DNA of 64,000 bases from an uncultured Akkermansia sp. Lineage in GTDB: Bacteria; Verrucomicrobiota; Kiritimatiellia; RFP12; JAAYNR01. The notes beneath the pieces are model-generated. The model saw only the letters and a program-made list of their open reading frames with translations, was not told where the DNA came from and ran no database searches. Every line of letters starts with the position of its first letter. The stretch's first letter is position 1. This document shows, piece after piece, positions 9,001-17,077 of this stretch. A program made the position numbers and the translations under genes. The stretch is taken from the NCBI GenBank assembly GCA_964580075.1, contig CAZOJL010000004.1:262-64261 (forward strand). The letters run 5' to 3'.

Positions 9001-10242
9001 CGTGCCCAGATCAAGGGATGCCACCACGAGGTTGTCCGGAAAGTTCAATTCTTCCGGGCACTTCAAGATACCCCAGGGCACGTAGATCACTTTCTTGTCG
9101 GGCCAGCGCTGCTTGACCTCCTCGCACAATCGCCTCACGAAATCGCCCATGATCAGCGCATCGCCGCCCTTGGCGGACATCTTCCGGCAGGTTTCGCAAC
9201 AGCAGGCGGAGACCAGCGAGTTATTGCCCAGATCCATGCAGGGCCAGAGGGTGACGCTGGAGCGTGTGATGCCGCCGATATACGTGCCTTTGCCGCCCTT
9301 GTCCCCCCACGCCCGTTCCAGATTATCGACATAGCAGGCGATCAACTCCGGCGCGCTGTAGCAGAACGTCTCGAAATTCCGGCTTTCGTCTTCACGGATC
9401 GCAAACAGGGCCTCGTGGGTTCGCAGCGTGGTGTTCATGAATTCGTAGATGCGCGCGCCTTGTTGCACGGCCTCATACGGCCAACTGTTGCCCTGGCGGA
9501 GCAGCCGGAAGTGATCGCCCAGCCAGAGCGTCTCCGAGCCCTCGGCGCCGGCGCCGGGAGGCATCTGGAGAATTTGTTCGTCGCACGAGCGCGCCTGCAG
9601 CCAGTACCAGTCCTGGTACATTCGCCGATAGGAAAACACAGGCTGATCGTGGTAGTGAAGCGGAGGAATGGCGAGCGAGGTGTAGGGCAGGATGGAGCGT
9701 CCGCCGTAGGGCGTTGGCCAGTACCAGCGGACCCCTGCAAACCGCTCCAGGAAATCCGCCACAGCCCAGGCCAGCCCGTCGCCGCCCCGCGTGCTTCCCA
9801 CGAGATAAATGCGGTTGGGGGCGGTCTTGATGACAAACCCCTCGACCGGGATCTGGGTGGCGTCGATGCCGGCCTGACGCGCCTCCTCGCAATCCCCGAT
9901 CACAATGGCCGGCTGGTCCGCTGCGGGAAGGTTCGTCACGATGGACAGGTCTGCCCCGGTGGCGATTTTGATCGTGTCGACCAGTTGGTCGACCAGTTGC
10001 TTGAGCACGGGCGGGTGATCCCCGGATCTTCTGGGTGTCCAGTTCCAGAGCGCCGTTGCCTGGGGGTTGGCCATGCAGACCACGGTCTTCGCAACCCCAT
10101 CGCGCACAATCTCGACGGGCGGATGCTTCGGCGCCTTCAGCCACGTCACGGGAGTCAGGTCGCGCGGTTTGAGATCCACTTCAGCCACAGTCTGGAGCGC
10201 CATCGCAGCCGTCAATGATGTAACCACAACGAGTCTTTTCAT
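6046..10242 (-). CDS. secreted multidomain protein: N-terminal DUF4838-like domain, FGE/SUMF1-like domain lacking catalytic Cys, C-terminal CBM9-like domain
   Basis: 1398 aa with a signal peptide. The first roughly 600 aa are paralogous to ORF 36040..37539 (LKPRDLTPVTWL...PAIVIGDCEE.RQAGIDA...VADFLERF.GVRWYWPT). The middle has FGE-sulfatase-like motifs (YCMRYEVTRGQFTAFLN; YWGILDLSGNVREQVV; YRGGFFGDLNSPLRTSDRS) but not the FGE cysteine pair. The C-terminus has AVRIDGDLDEWGKAP...WNGDALQVG...GFNIVFLDDDDG, resembling CBM9/DOMON-type binding domains. Confidence 0.65.
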   Translation of the reverse strand: MKRLVVVTSLTAAMALQTVAEVDLKPRDLTPVTWLKAPKHPPVEIVRDGVAKTVVCMANPQATALWNWTPRRSGDHPPVLKQLVDQLVDTIKIATGADLSIVTNLPAADQPAIVIGDCEEARQAGIDATQIPVEGFVIKTAPNRIYLVGSTRGGDGLAWAVADFLERFAGVRWYWPTPYGGRSILPYTSLAIPPLHYHDQPVFSYRRMYQDWYWLQARSCDEQILQMPPGAGAEGSETLWLGDHFRLLRQGNSWPYEAVQQGARIYEFMNTTLRTHEALFAIREDESRNFETFCYSAPELIACYVDNLERAWGDKGGKGTYIGGITRSSVTLWPCMDLGNNSLVSACCCETCRKMSAKGGDALIMGDFVRRLCEEVKQRWPDKKVIYVPWGILKCPEELNFPDNLVVASLDLGTMGLLHQPVIRQEQEGLLRAWAEKSGRPVTMWIDFAGPGDWTYGPVQFPHLVKEFYQTNRNRLDGGMVLSYGAACFVTAAPTYYVWNRALWNPDLDVDATLDEMCKRLFGAGAASARELLRLECDRWQKTALSRPLRLAEQRVPPKLFREIWPADVVARMKELRDQALEDIERSDNTAARRAFLYWTWSFDAFVAYADSLDDTTPQPDAAAATTSVEEAATARFRGGPAENNQIRIDRVRVEKGTAEEQSTVRFDLAWGDTWRADWKEPAATGVTGQEMPVESWSAAWVFAKYRLPGREKDGYFPATLASDRAAHTAPEEAALDVGLTGGKGMGAFIYRAGSGQGPLDLTDVSLSWLSGADGVTNPAEADLKVFAIEMVYVPRGAFTVGSGGAESGSFTDGSWTDGDTIPFRVDADWSGPVAEGSTARRIGGAPGRLWGVSEFGPDTIGPEGALVNGYPTGYEPFYCMRYEVTRGQFTAFLNTLSSAAFAATSSGDSSHAGATYTAVGRYALSGVWPNFTAAKPYQACNLLSWWDSAQFAAWSGLRPMTELEYEKASRGPRQPAPNAFAWGTTAIARTEYTATGEGTSAERMAGNDDPGIGNAHYELTMPAYFGGPTRGGVSAIPGSPMRAGVFATSESGRVAAGASYWGILDLSGNVREQVVTVGNARGRRFEGSHGAGTVNVPADWPPISGSDLASGTGYRGGFFGDLNSPLRTSDRSRAVFKHREASFSRESRSEANGWRGARTAPDAVAGSAAEPPVAVETPRRMPRLTQAVRIDGDLDEWGKAPKAPQEAFDTLPGRPSLVRRSLFQVYPEDRRRPPGRQLLWEGPEDLGVRAWWGSDGDALCLAAEVTDDKHFNRQTGGMIWNGDALQVGVAMTNGVEWNVGLALTANGLVFHPFVGNGDSLTQSAQYAVVRDDAAKTTRYELRLPLADIGLKPGEPFGFNIVFLDDDDGNGQRYWMQLAKGLAGRRDLASYPRFVLDE

Positions 10243-10307
10243 GATTGGCCTCCGGAGGGTAATAACACTTACTTAAGGGACTTTTGCCTGAGAATTGCTG
10301 AAGCCGA

Positions 10308-11729
10308 TTACGCTGTTCCCGACGGCACCTCAACCAGTTCACAGTCGTCGAACCAGGCATCGCCTGTTCCGTCGACGCAGAGCTTGACCAGCAGGAACGG
10401 ATTATCCGGGGCGGGCTGGAATTCGATCGTCAGTTTCGTCCAGCCGGTCGTGCCGCTGATGCCCGCGCTGCGCCGCGTGGCCCGCACGTCGTTCCAATTC
10501 AACAGACAATCGTCCACGGCAACCGAGGCTTCGCCATCGGTCAGCTCTGTTTTGACCCAGGCGCTGAGACGGTAGCGTTTGGCCGTCTCGCCGTAGGTTG
10601 CGGTGCCGGACCGATTGGGCGTTCCCGCGACGGGCTGGCCGCGCCCCATACCCGAGACTTTTAACGAAACGGTCCCCGAATGCCCTTGCGTGCGATCCAC
10701 GATCACGTTCCTCCAGGTGGACCCATTGTAGACTTCGTCACCATTGATTCCATGCTCGAAATCGTTCACGACGCCAAGCCGGAACCCGGGCTGGTTGCTG
10801 GGGCCGGCATTCTGCGATGCTGCCCGGCCCTCCAGCGCCTCCGCCACAGCGGCGGGAATCGAGAGAAAACGGTAGCGGGCGCGGAGGTGGTGGTGACCGT
10901 CGGCTTCCGGCGTCGCGGGCACCTTGGCTTGAATGCCCAGGTCATACCACAAGTCACAGGTTGCCATCCGCACGGCGCCGTTTACCTCTTCCAGCGCCAC
11001 AAACGGGTTCATATCCGGCTCGCGCACGAATCCGGTGAATCCGTTGGAGGCCAGAGGCACACGCGGGTAGTTCAATGGATTGTGATAAAACCACGTGATC
11101 GTGTCGCCCCCTGCGCCGTTCAGCACCTTCTGCCAGCGCTTGCGGCTGTCGTGGGAGACCGACACCCCGCCCGCCAGCAGGTTGCAGAACTCAACCCAAT
11201 TCGGTTTCGTCATGACGCAATGCATCGCGCAGTGCCACACATAACCGAGTGTGGCGTCCCATACCAGGCGAAACGAGCCCTCGCCCGTCGCGCCGCAGGC
11301 GAGTTCCGTGGTGGTGTTGAAGGCGAGCACGGGCCCTTCTCGCGTCACGAAATCAAGCCGGGAAACCGCATTCGGTGATTGCCAGAGCGGCGCGTTGATG
11401 GAAATCTTGGCGCCCACGAGCGTCGCCCAGTGGTGGAAAGGCGGGATCGTGTAATCACCCGTCGGCTCACCCTCCGCGGGCGGCGCGAAGCGGAACATTT
11501 CGATCTCCTTGTTCCAACTCTGGATCAAACCGATCTTATGAGCTCCGTCGAAAATCCAGTACCATTCGGTCCCCTCGGCATGCGGTGCGGGAGGAAATGA
11601 CACGAGATGGAAATGGGGTTGGTACGCCCGTTCCGGAAGCTGCCGCCACGCGGGCACCGTTTCGAGGACCTGCTGAAGCTGTCCGCCGGGTGTCCCCGGG
11701 CCGGTGTCGTGAGGGGAAGATGAGATCAT
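10308..11729 (-). CDS. hypothetical protein with C-terminal CBM_4_9-like carbohydrate-binding domain
   Basis: I placed the start at MISSSPH (11729), which has an AGGAG 9 nt upstream. The listed upstream extension lies in an AT-rich promoter-like stretch. The C-terminal beta-sandwich motifs (GWTKLTIEF...GDAWFDDCELVEV) resemble CBM4/9/22 modules. No signal peptide. I do not recognise the N-terminal domain. Confidence 0.5.
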   Translation of the reverse strand: MISSSPHDTGPGTPGGQLQQVLETVPAWRQLPERAYQPHFHLVSFPPAPHAEGTEWYWIFDGAHKIGLIQSWNKEIEMFRFAPPAEGEPTGDYTIPPFHHWATLVGAKISINAPLWQSPNAVSRLDFVTREGPVLAFNTTTELACGATGEGSFRLVWDATLGYVWHCAMHCVMTKPNWVEFCNLLAGGVSVSHDSRKRWQKVLNGAGGDTITWFYHNPLNYPRVPLASNGFTGFVREPDMNPFVALEEVNGAVRMATCDLWYDLGIQAKVPATPEADGHHHLRARYRFLSIPAAVAEALEGRAASQNAGPSNQPGFRLGVVNDFEHGINGDEVYNGSTWRNVIVDRTQGHSGTVSLKVSGMGRGQPVAGTPNRSGTATYGETAKRYRLSAWVKTELTDGEASVAVDDCLLNWNDVRATRRSAGISGTTGWTKLTIEFQPAPDNPFLLVKLCVDGTGDAWFDDCELVEVPSGTA

Positions 11730-11880
11730 TCCGTTTGGCTCCTGAAAAAATGCGTGCGCGACCCTGCGCCCCGCAAAAAATTTAACACCAGCATCCCATA
11801 GGCTCACCCGGAAACGTTCCAGTTCCCGCAGTTGGTATCTATTATACGGGTGGGGTGACAAAGATCAACCCCAAAAACCA

Positions 11881-12002
11881 GCAATTCTAACACTGGCAGC
11901 CGCTATCGGGATCCAAATCGGGATCGGGACCGAAATCGACGAGAAAACAAGGAATTCGACCCCGAACCCGATAGCGATTTCGATTTCGACTGGTCGGATG
12001 TG
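11881..12002. mobile_element. MITE-like element, family B (cagcaattctaacac...), right end truncated
   Basis: Near-identical over about 120 bp to the 23955..24091 copy (gcaattctaacac[t/g]ggcagccgctatcgggatccaaatcgg[g/a]atcgggaccgaaatcgacgagaaa...gatttcgactggtcggatgtg), but it lacks the right-hand TIR (tagaattgctg). Confidence 0.6.
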
Positions 12003-12042
12003 ATACTATTCCCCTGTCCCCGCTGCTGTTCTAACCGTGATG

Positions 12043-13509
12043 CTACCAGGTGCAGAGGCCGGTGGCCTCTTGGAGGCGATAGCGGAACACGCGCCAGCGG
12101 GAGTCATCCCGGAATGCTTCATAGTCGGTCGTGAGAGCGCAGCCGTCGGCGTTCGTCCACAGCCGGTCGACATAGGCGGCTGCTTCGGTCAGCGCTGGCG
12201 TGGCCCCAGGGCCCGAGACCCGCACGTCGGTCTCCAGATTGTAGTTCCGCACGTTCCGGCGCGTGAAGTTGGCCGAACCGGTCAGCAGGTCGGCGGTGCC
12301 GTCGCGCTTCTTGACCAGCAGCATCTTGGCGTGCATCTGCTCGCCGCGGGTCACCGCCCAGCGGACGGAAACGCCCGCAGCGGTCAGTTCGCGTGCCGCC
12401 TGCCGGTTCGGCATGCCGTTCTTCTCCCGGCCGAAGGCGTCCTTATTCGGGTCGAGCACCACGCGCATCGCCACGTCGCGACGCGCCGCCGCTTTCAGGG
12501 CACGGAGGATCGGTCGGTCGGCGAGATAGAACATCACCAGGTCCAGGGAGTCCCCCTTTCCCGCCGTTCTGATCATGGCTTCGGCCGCGTCGGCGATCGC
12601 TTCCTCCGTGATCACCTGCACCCGCACGGCGTTTGTCGGCACCGGGTCCGGTCCTGCGCCGGCCGGGTTGGTCGGCACCGCGCTCAACAACGAAACCCGG
12701 CTGCCGCTCATGTTCAGGACCGCCTGCTCCGACTCCAGGACCGACCGCGCGGCCGGACCGTTGAAGACGACCCCAACGTTCGAGTGGACGCTGCTGCCGT
12801 CGTGCGGGTTGGCCGACGTGACCAAGGCGTACAACGCGTCGCCCGCGTCGGCGACCACCACCTTGCGGTGGTTAGCCTTGAAGTTGAGCAGCGCCAGCCA
12901 ACTGCGCACGGTTACCTCGCCCTCGCCGAACGGGTTGGCCACCCAGCCGCCCGTGCTGCTGTTGCCCCACGGTTTGAAGAACAGCCGCCACACGCTCGAC
13001 CACGCCGTGTTGCTGTCGCGCAGCCGGCCCAAGCGGGTGATGACGACCTCGACGCCGGCCTCTTGCAGACGTAGCAGGTGGCCGGCCTCGAGCCCGCCGT
13101 AGACCGTGTTCACCGGATCCGTGATCAGCACGGCCAGAAATTCAGGCGCCGCGCGCTTGCGGGCGATCAGGGCGGAGGTCAGCTCCTCGCACAAATGCCG
13201 ATTCGGCGGCGGGCCTTCGCCGATAAACGCGTTGAAGAGGAACATGTCGACCACCGCCAGATGGTCGGCCTTGCCGATCATAGCGAAGGCCTCGTCGAAA
13301 ATATGCTGGTCGATCTGACGCGTGCCCGCGTCGTCAAGACAAGTCTGGTCGTACAGGAAGCGGACATCCGAAGCGGGCAGGAGGTCGCTGCTGTAGGAGA
13401 GTCCCTTGGGCAGGGGCTTCACCGCGTGGTAACAGCAGCCCGGCACAGCCGCCAGCCAGGCCAACGCCACACCGATGTTTAACAAGAGCCGCACGCGGAT
13501 GTCGGACAT
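12043..13509 (-). CDS. phospholipase D superfamily lipoprotein (two HKD motifs)
   Basis: 488 aa with a lipoprotein-type signal (LAWLAAVPGCC). First HKD motif HRKVVVAD; second HAKMLLV...GSANFTRRN. This is the cardiolipin-synthase / PLD-like family. Confidence 0.65.
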   Translation of the reverse strand: MSDIRVRLLLNIGVALAWLAAVPGCCYHAVKPLPKGLSYSSDLLPASDVRFLYDQTCLDDAGTRQIDQHIFDEAFAMIGKADHLAVVDMFLFNAFIGEGPPPNRHLCEELTSALIARKRAAPEFLAVLITDPVNTVYGGLEAGHLLRLQEAGVEVVITRLGRLRDSNTAWSSVWRLFFKPWGNSSTGGWVANPFGEGEVTVRSWLALLNFKANHRKVVVADAGDALYALVTSANPHDGSSVHSNVGVVFNGPAARSVLESEQAVLNMSGSRVSLLSAVPTNPAGAGPDPVPTNAVRVQVITEEAIADAAEAMIRTAGKGDSLDLVMFYLADRPILRALKAAARRDVAMRVVLDPNKDAFGREKNGMPNRQAARELTAAGVSVRWAVTRGEQMHAKMLLVKKRDGTADLLTGSANFTRRNVRNYNLETDVRVSGPGATPALTEAAAYVDRLWTNADGCALTTDYEAFRDDSRWRVFRYRLQEATGLCTW

Positions 13510-13607
13510 GAAACAATTCTCATGAGTTAGAGATTCTAATAATTGATGATACCCTTTTTCTGTCCCTCAGTTTTTGCAGGCAGTTTATCAGAGATCGCGG
13601 CTGGCGT

Positions 13608-13735
13608 CAGCAATTCTAATTATGGGGCGATTGAGTCATCGGGGTCGGTATCGGAATCGGGGTCGAATTTCCGTTTGTTTTATTGATACCGATACCGACG
13701 CCGATGGTCCCCTCTCCAAAATGAGCCAGACAAGG
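13608..13735. mobile_element. MITE-like element, family A, 3-prime truncated copy
   Basis: Reads cagcaattctaattatggggcgattgagtcatcggggtcggtatcggaatcggggtcgaatttccg...ccgataccgacgccgatggtcccctctccaaaatgag, then diverges before the terminal aattgc. It is the same family as the 2339 and 28014 copies, in the 28014 orientation. Confidence 0.6.
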
Positions 13736-13928
13736 GGAGGGCCTTCTGTCAAACCTGCTTCACACGAAGTCACGAAGGCAGAATGCCGATGGAAGGGGAT
13801 GGGCGATTTGGGGTTGGAAGAGAAGATTTCTCGCCAAGACGCAGAGCGCGCAAAGAATCAGTTTTGTATCCCGTGAAATGGGCGATCTTGGCGAGAAAGA
13901 ATGTCCCCGATCAGGACTGACGGAAGGT

Positions 13929-14078
13929 CCGTCCCGAATGGCGCTAAATTAAGGGGCTATTGCCATCTTAATCGTAATCCTAATCTTGATCTTAATCTTC
14001 TGGTGGAGAACGGATTACGATTACGATTACGATTATGATCGGAAGCATCGCTTAACTTAGGGCCATTCGGGCCCGTCC
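13929..14078. mobile_element. MITE-like element, family C (TIR ccgtcccgaatggcgctaaattaag / cttaacttagggccattcgggcccgtcc; GATTAC-type minisatellite core)
   Basis: Roughly 25-bp terminal inverted repeats enclose an (aatcgt/gattac)n core. It is the reverse complement of the 15748..15953 copy. Confidence 0.6.
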
Positions 14079-14089
14079 CTTGTCTACCC

Positions 14090-14290
14090 AGTTGAGCGTC
14101 TCTATCGTTGTCGCAATCTTTGTCGCAATGATCGAGACAACGATTATGACAACGATGGGAGAACGACAACGATTGGGACAACGATTATGACAACGATGGA
14201 AGACCGGTGGACGATTACGGGCGACGATTACGGGCGATGCGTTGTCCCGATCATTGTCGCGATCATTGTAGAGGCTGAGGGAATGCCCGT
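14090..14290. repeat. minisatellite (gacaacgattatgacaacgatggga / cgttgtcgcaatc units)
   Basis: Tandem and interspersed units (cgttgtc / gacaacg) also recur at 15410-15500 and 19228-19330. ORFs here (for example 14052..14447) translate to RDNDRDN-type low complexity. Confidence 0.6.
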
Positions 14291-14357
14291 CCCTTGCGGG
14301 GTTTTGCGGGGTTCCTTTGTGCCCCCTGTGCCTCTGTGAGAGCTCTTTCTGGAGGCC

Positions 14358-15210
14358 CTGGCGATAGGCGCACGGCGATACGCCTACGACGCGTTTGAAG
14401 GTCGCGGCCAGATGGGCGGCGTCGTAGAAGCCCGGTGGCTTCTGCAATGACGGCGAGTTTCTGTCCGCCCAGGAGCAGCATCTTGGCCCGGTCCATCCGC
14501 AGCCGCATCCGGCGGGTCATGGGCGTCTCGCCGGTCTCCGCGTGGTAGCGGTGGGAGAGGGTCGAGATCGCGACGTTCACGTGCTTGGCCAGGTCCGCGC
14601 GCCCGACCGGACCGGCCAGGTGTTCTGACAGGTACGCGTCCGTCTCCCGAACCAGGTCGGACGGTGAAGCGGCCGGGGCGGGATGACCGATGAGCCGGGT
14701 CTCGGCCTCTTCGGTCGGCGTACTCTTGCGCAACAGGTCAATCAATCGGCAAAACGCCGCCTGAGCCTGCCAGAAGCCGTCATCCCCGCTTTGTTGCCCG
14801 ATGCGCGCGATTTCTTCGATCAACGGCCCGGCGAGCCCCTCCGGATCCAGAAACCGGGCATAGCCGGCGCGCGGAGCGATCAGCCGGTCCAGCCCGGCTG
14901 CCTCGCCGCCCTGGAAGAATACAAAGGAGAAGTCGCACAGCGCCTGGCCGCCCGTGGAGTAATCCTCCCAATAGACGGTGCCCGGCGGATAGAGGTGCAG
15001 CGTCTGGGACAAACGCGGCCGCCAGGGGCGGGAAGGCGACGCCACGCGGACGCGGCCTGCCGTGTTGGCAGCATAATCCACCACCCAGTGGGAATGGCGG
15101 AAACGACTCAGCCCGGTCAACTGCAGGATCATGCGCATGGCCGTGATCAGCGCGGGGGGGGCATCCTTCCCCAACACGACCCAATGGTGTCCGTACATGA
15201 TGGACTTCAT
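14358..15210 (-). pseudogene. AraC-family transcriptional regulator, frameshifted near 14440-14460 with the 3-prime end fused into repeat DNA
   Basis: The N-terminal sensor and first HTH half (ADLAKHVNVAISTLSHRYHAETGETPMTRRMRLRMDRAKMLLLGGQKLAVIAEATG) are in ORF 14263..15249. The second half of the HTH (FYDAAHLAATFKRVVGVSPCAYRQ) is in a different frame (ORF 14052..14447). After YRQ the reading frame runs about 100 more codons into minisatellite sequence rather than stopping. Confidence 0.55.
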
Positions 15211-15747
15211 GACGGACAGTTTACCAGAGATCGCGGCCGGCGTCAGCAATGCAAATTTTCTGAACCATTCACCTTCGGCGCGGCGGGACGCCGCTGCCCT
15301 ACCCGATTGCTTCGCGCTGATGGAACAGGGAATGCGCGCAGCGGGTAGGGCAGCGGCGTCCCGCCGCGCCGCAGGCCAATGGAGAGGAGAAGGGTTTAGG
15401 GTTCAGGGTTCAGATCGTTGTCGTAATCGTTGTCGAATGGATCGTTGTCGCAATCGTTGTCGACAATGATTATGACAACGATGGGAGGCTGAGGCATGGC
15501 CCGTCCCTTGCGGGGTATATTCGTACTCGTCTTCGTCCTCGTCCTCGATTTCACGATTCGAGGACGAGGACGACGACGAGGACGACGACGACGAGGACGA
15601 GATGGACGCCGCTGCCCTACCCGATTGCTTCGCGCCTAATCGTAGACCGTACTCGCGTGCCACGGCGTAGCGCGTAGCGCGAAGACGGGTCGCCCGTAAT
15701 CGTCAACCGAAACGGAGCAAAAGGAGAGGCAGATGAGGCGGATTCGG

Positions 15748-15953
15748 GACGGGTCTGAATGGCGCTAAGTTAAGCGATGCTTCCGATCATAATCATAATC
15801 GTAATCGTAATCCGTTCTCCACCAGGAGATTAAGATTAAGATTATGATTACGATTATGATTAAGATTAGGATTAGGATTAGGATTAAGATTACGATTAGG
15901 ATTAGGATTAAGATGGCAGTAGCCCCTTAACTTAGCGCCATTCCAGACGGGCC
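15748..15953. mobile_element. MITE-like element, family C, inverted copy
   Basis: Reads ggacgggtctgaatggcgctaagttaag...(cgtaatc/gattaagattagg)n...cttaacttagcgccattccagacgggcc. Same TIRs as 13929..14078, in opposite orientation; together the two bracket the AraC pseudogene. Confidence 0.6.
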
Positions 15954-16114
15954 TTGGCCCTTTGCACTATTTTGCAATAAGTCTGCACTCCTATCAAACG
16001 ACAGCCCGGCGGGAATGTGCCATACTATGCCCATGTTGATGGGATTGGTACGCGAAGGCCATCGATTTTCACATTCGACAAAGGCCGGGCAACCGGCCGG
16101 ATGGACAGCGAGGA

Positions 16115-16225
16115 CAAAAGCTGAAATGCTGAAAACTGAAAGCTGAAAAGCTGAAGGCTGAAGGAGAAAAGCTGAAAACTGAAAGCTGAAAAGCTGAAGG
16201 TTAAAGGCTGAAAGCTGAAGGCTGG
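16115..16225. repeat. tandem hexamer-type satellite (RCTGAA)n
   Basis: About 17 imperfect tandem units (gaaaagctgaag / gctgaaa). It is followed by an inverted repeat ccacgaaggacacgaag ... cttcgtgttcttcgtgg (16240-16395), whose right arm recurs at 23890-23925. Confidence 0.6.
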
Positions 16226-16444
16226 ATGCGGGAGTTGAAATCACCACGAAGGACACGAAGTGCACGAAGAAAGAAATGAGGAGTGAAAGGTAATGAGGAA
16301 CTGACGCCATCGGGTGAACCCGTTCCTGGCAAGGCCCATGTAGCCATCCCTTCCAAAAATATTCCTTCGTGTTCTTCGTGGTGAAAACTGCCGTTGCAGA
16401 CTAAAGAGACCACACAAACAAAACCCAAACAGGAGACGAAAGTC

Positions 16445-17077
16445 ATGAGAAAGCAAACAGGAAGCAGGAATCGAGGATGGTTGCCGGCGATCGTAAATCG
16501 GTTGTCGGTGGCGGCTGGCGTTGCGCTGGCCGCGGGGATGATGGCCGCATTCGCGCCGCGGGCGGAGGCCGCGTGGACCAAGGCCACAAGTACAGGTTCG
16601 ACCGTGACGAACTATTCGACAGGAACGACGAACTGGACCGCCCACATTTTCAAGACGACGGTGGGGACCAAAACGTTTACGGTCACAAGCGCCGGCAACG
16701 TGGAATACTTGATTGTCGCCGGCGGCGGCAGCGCGGGCGGAGATTGTGGCGGTGGCGGCGGTGCCGGCGGGGTGTTGACCGGCTCGGACTACTTCTTAGC
16801 GGCCGACGTCTACACGATCACCGTCGGCGCTGGCGGCAACAATTCCACGGCCTTCGGCCAGACCGCTCTTGCCGGTGGCAACGGTGGTACATGGGGGGGG
16901 CCAGCAATCGGGACGTCAGGCGGTTCCGGCGGCGGTGCCGGTGGCTGGAGCACTGCCCCCGGCGTTTTCGGCGCAGGGACGCCAGGCCCGCCACGGCAGG
17001 GGTATGACGGAGCTAACGGTGTTGGAAACACAGGCGGCGGTGGTGGCGGGGCCGGAGGGAATGGATACTCGGGTTAA
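16445..17077 (+). CDS. secreted glycine-rich protein, N-terminal part (paralog of 37536..38324); the frame is interrupted near 17050-17075
   Basis: Start at VMRKQTG (AGGAG 8 nt upstream). Signal peptide ending AEA, then T..T...GT....S.G..EYLIVAGGGS.GG..GGGGGAGGVLTG...YTITVGAGG and a glycine-rich tract. Residue for residue it is paralogous to ORF 37536..38324. Confidence 0.6.
   Translation: MRKQTGSRNRGWLPAIVNRLSVAAGVALAAGMMAAFAPRAEAAWTKATSTGSTVTNYSTGTTNWTAHIFKTTVGTKTFTVTSAGNVEYLIVAGGGSAGGDCGGGGGAGGVLTGSDYFLAADVYTITVGAGGNNSTAFGQTALAGGNGGTWGGPAIGTSGGSGGGAGGWSTAPGVFGAGTPGPPRQGYDGANGVGNTGGGGGGAGGNGYSG

Noticed and set aside
6826-10218. 1130-aa + ORF
   Set aside because: Antisense to the giant DUF4838-FGE-CBM9 gene, whose product has clear domain homologies and a paralog. 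This is a GC-driven open frame.
12037-13074. 345-aa + ORF
   Set aside because: Antisense to the PLD-family gene (two HKD motifs on the minus strand).
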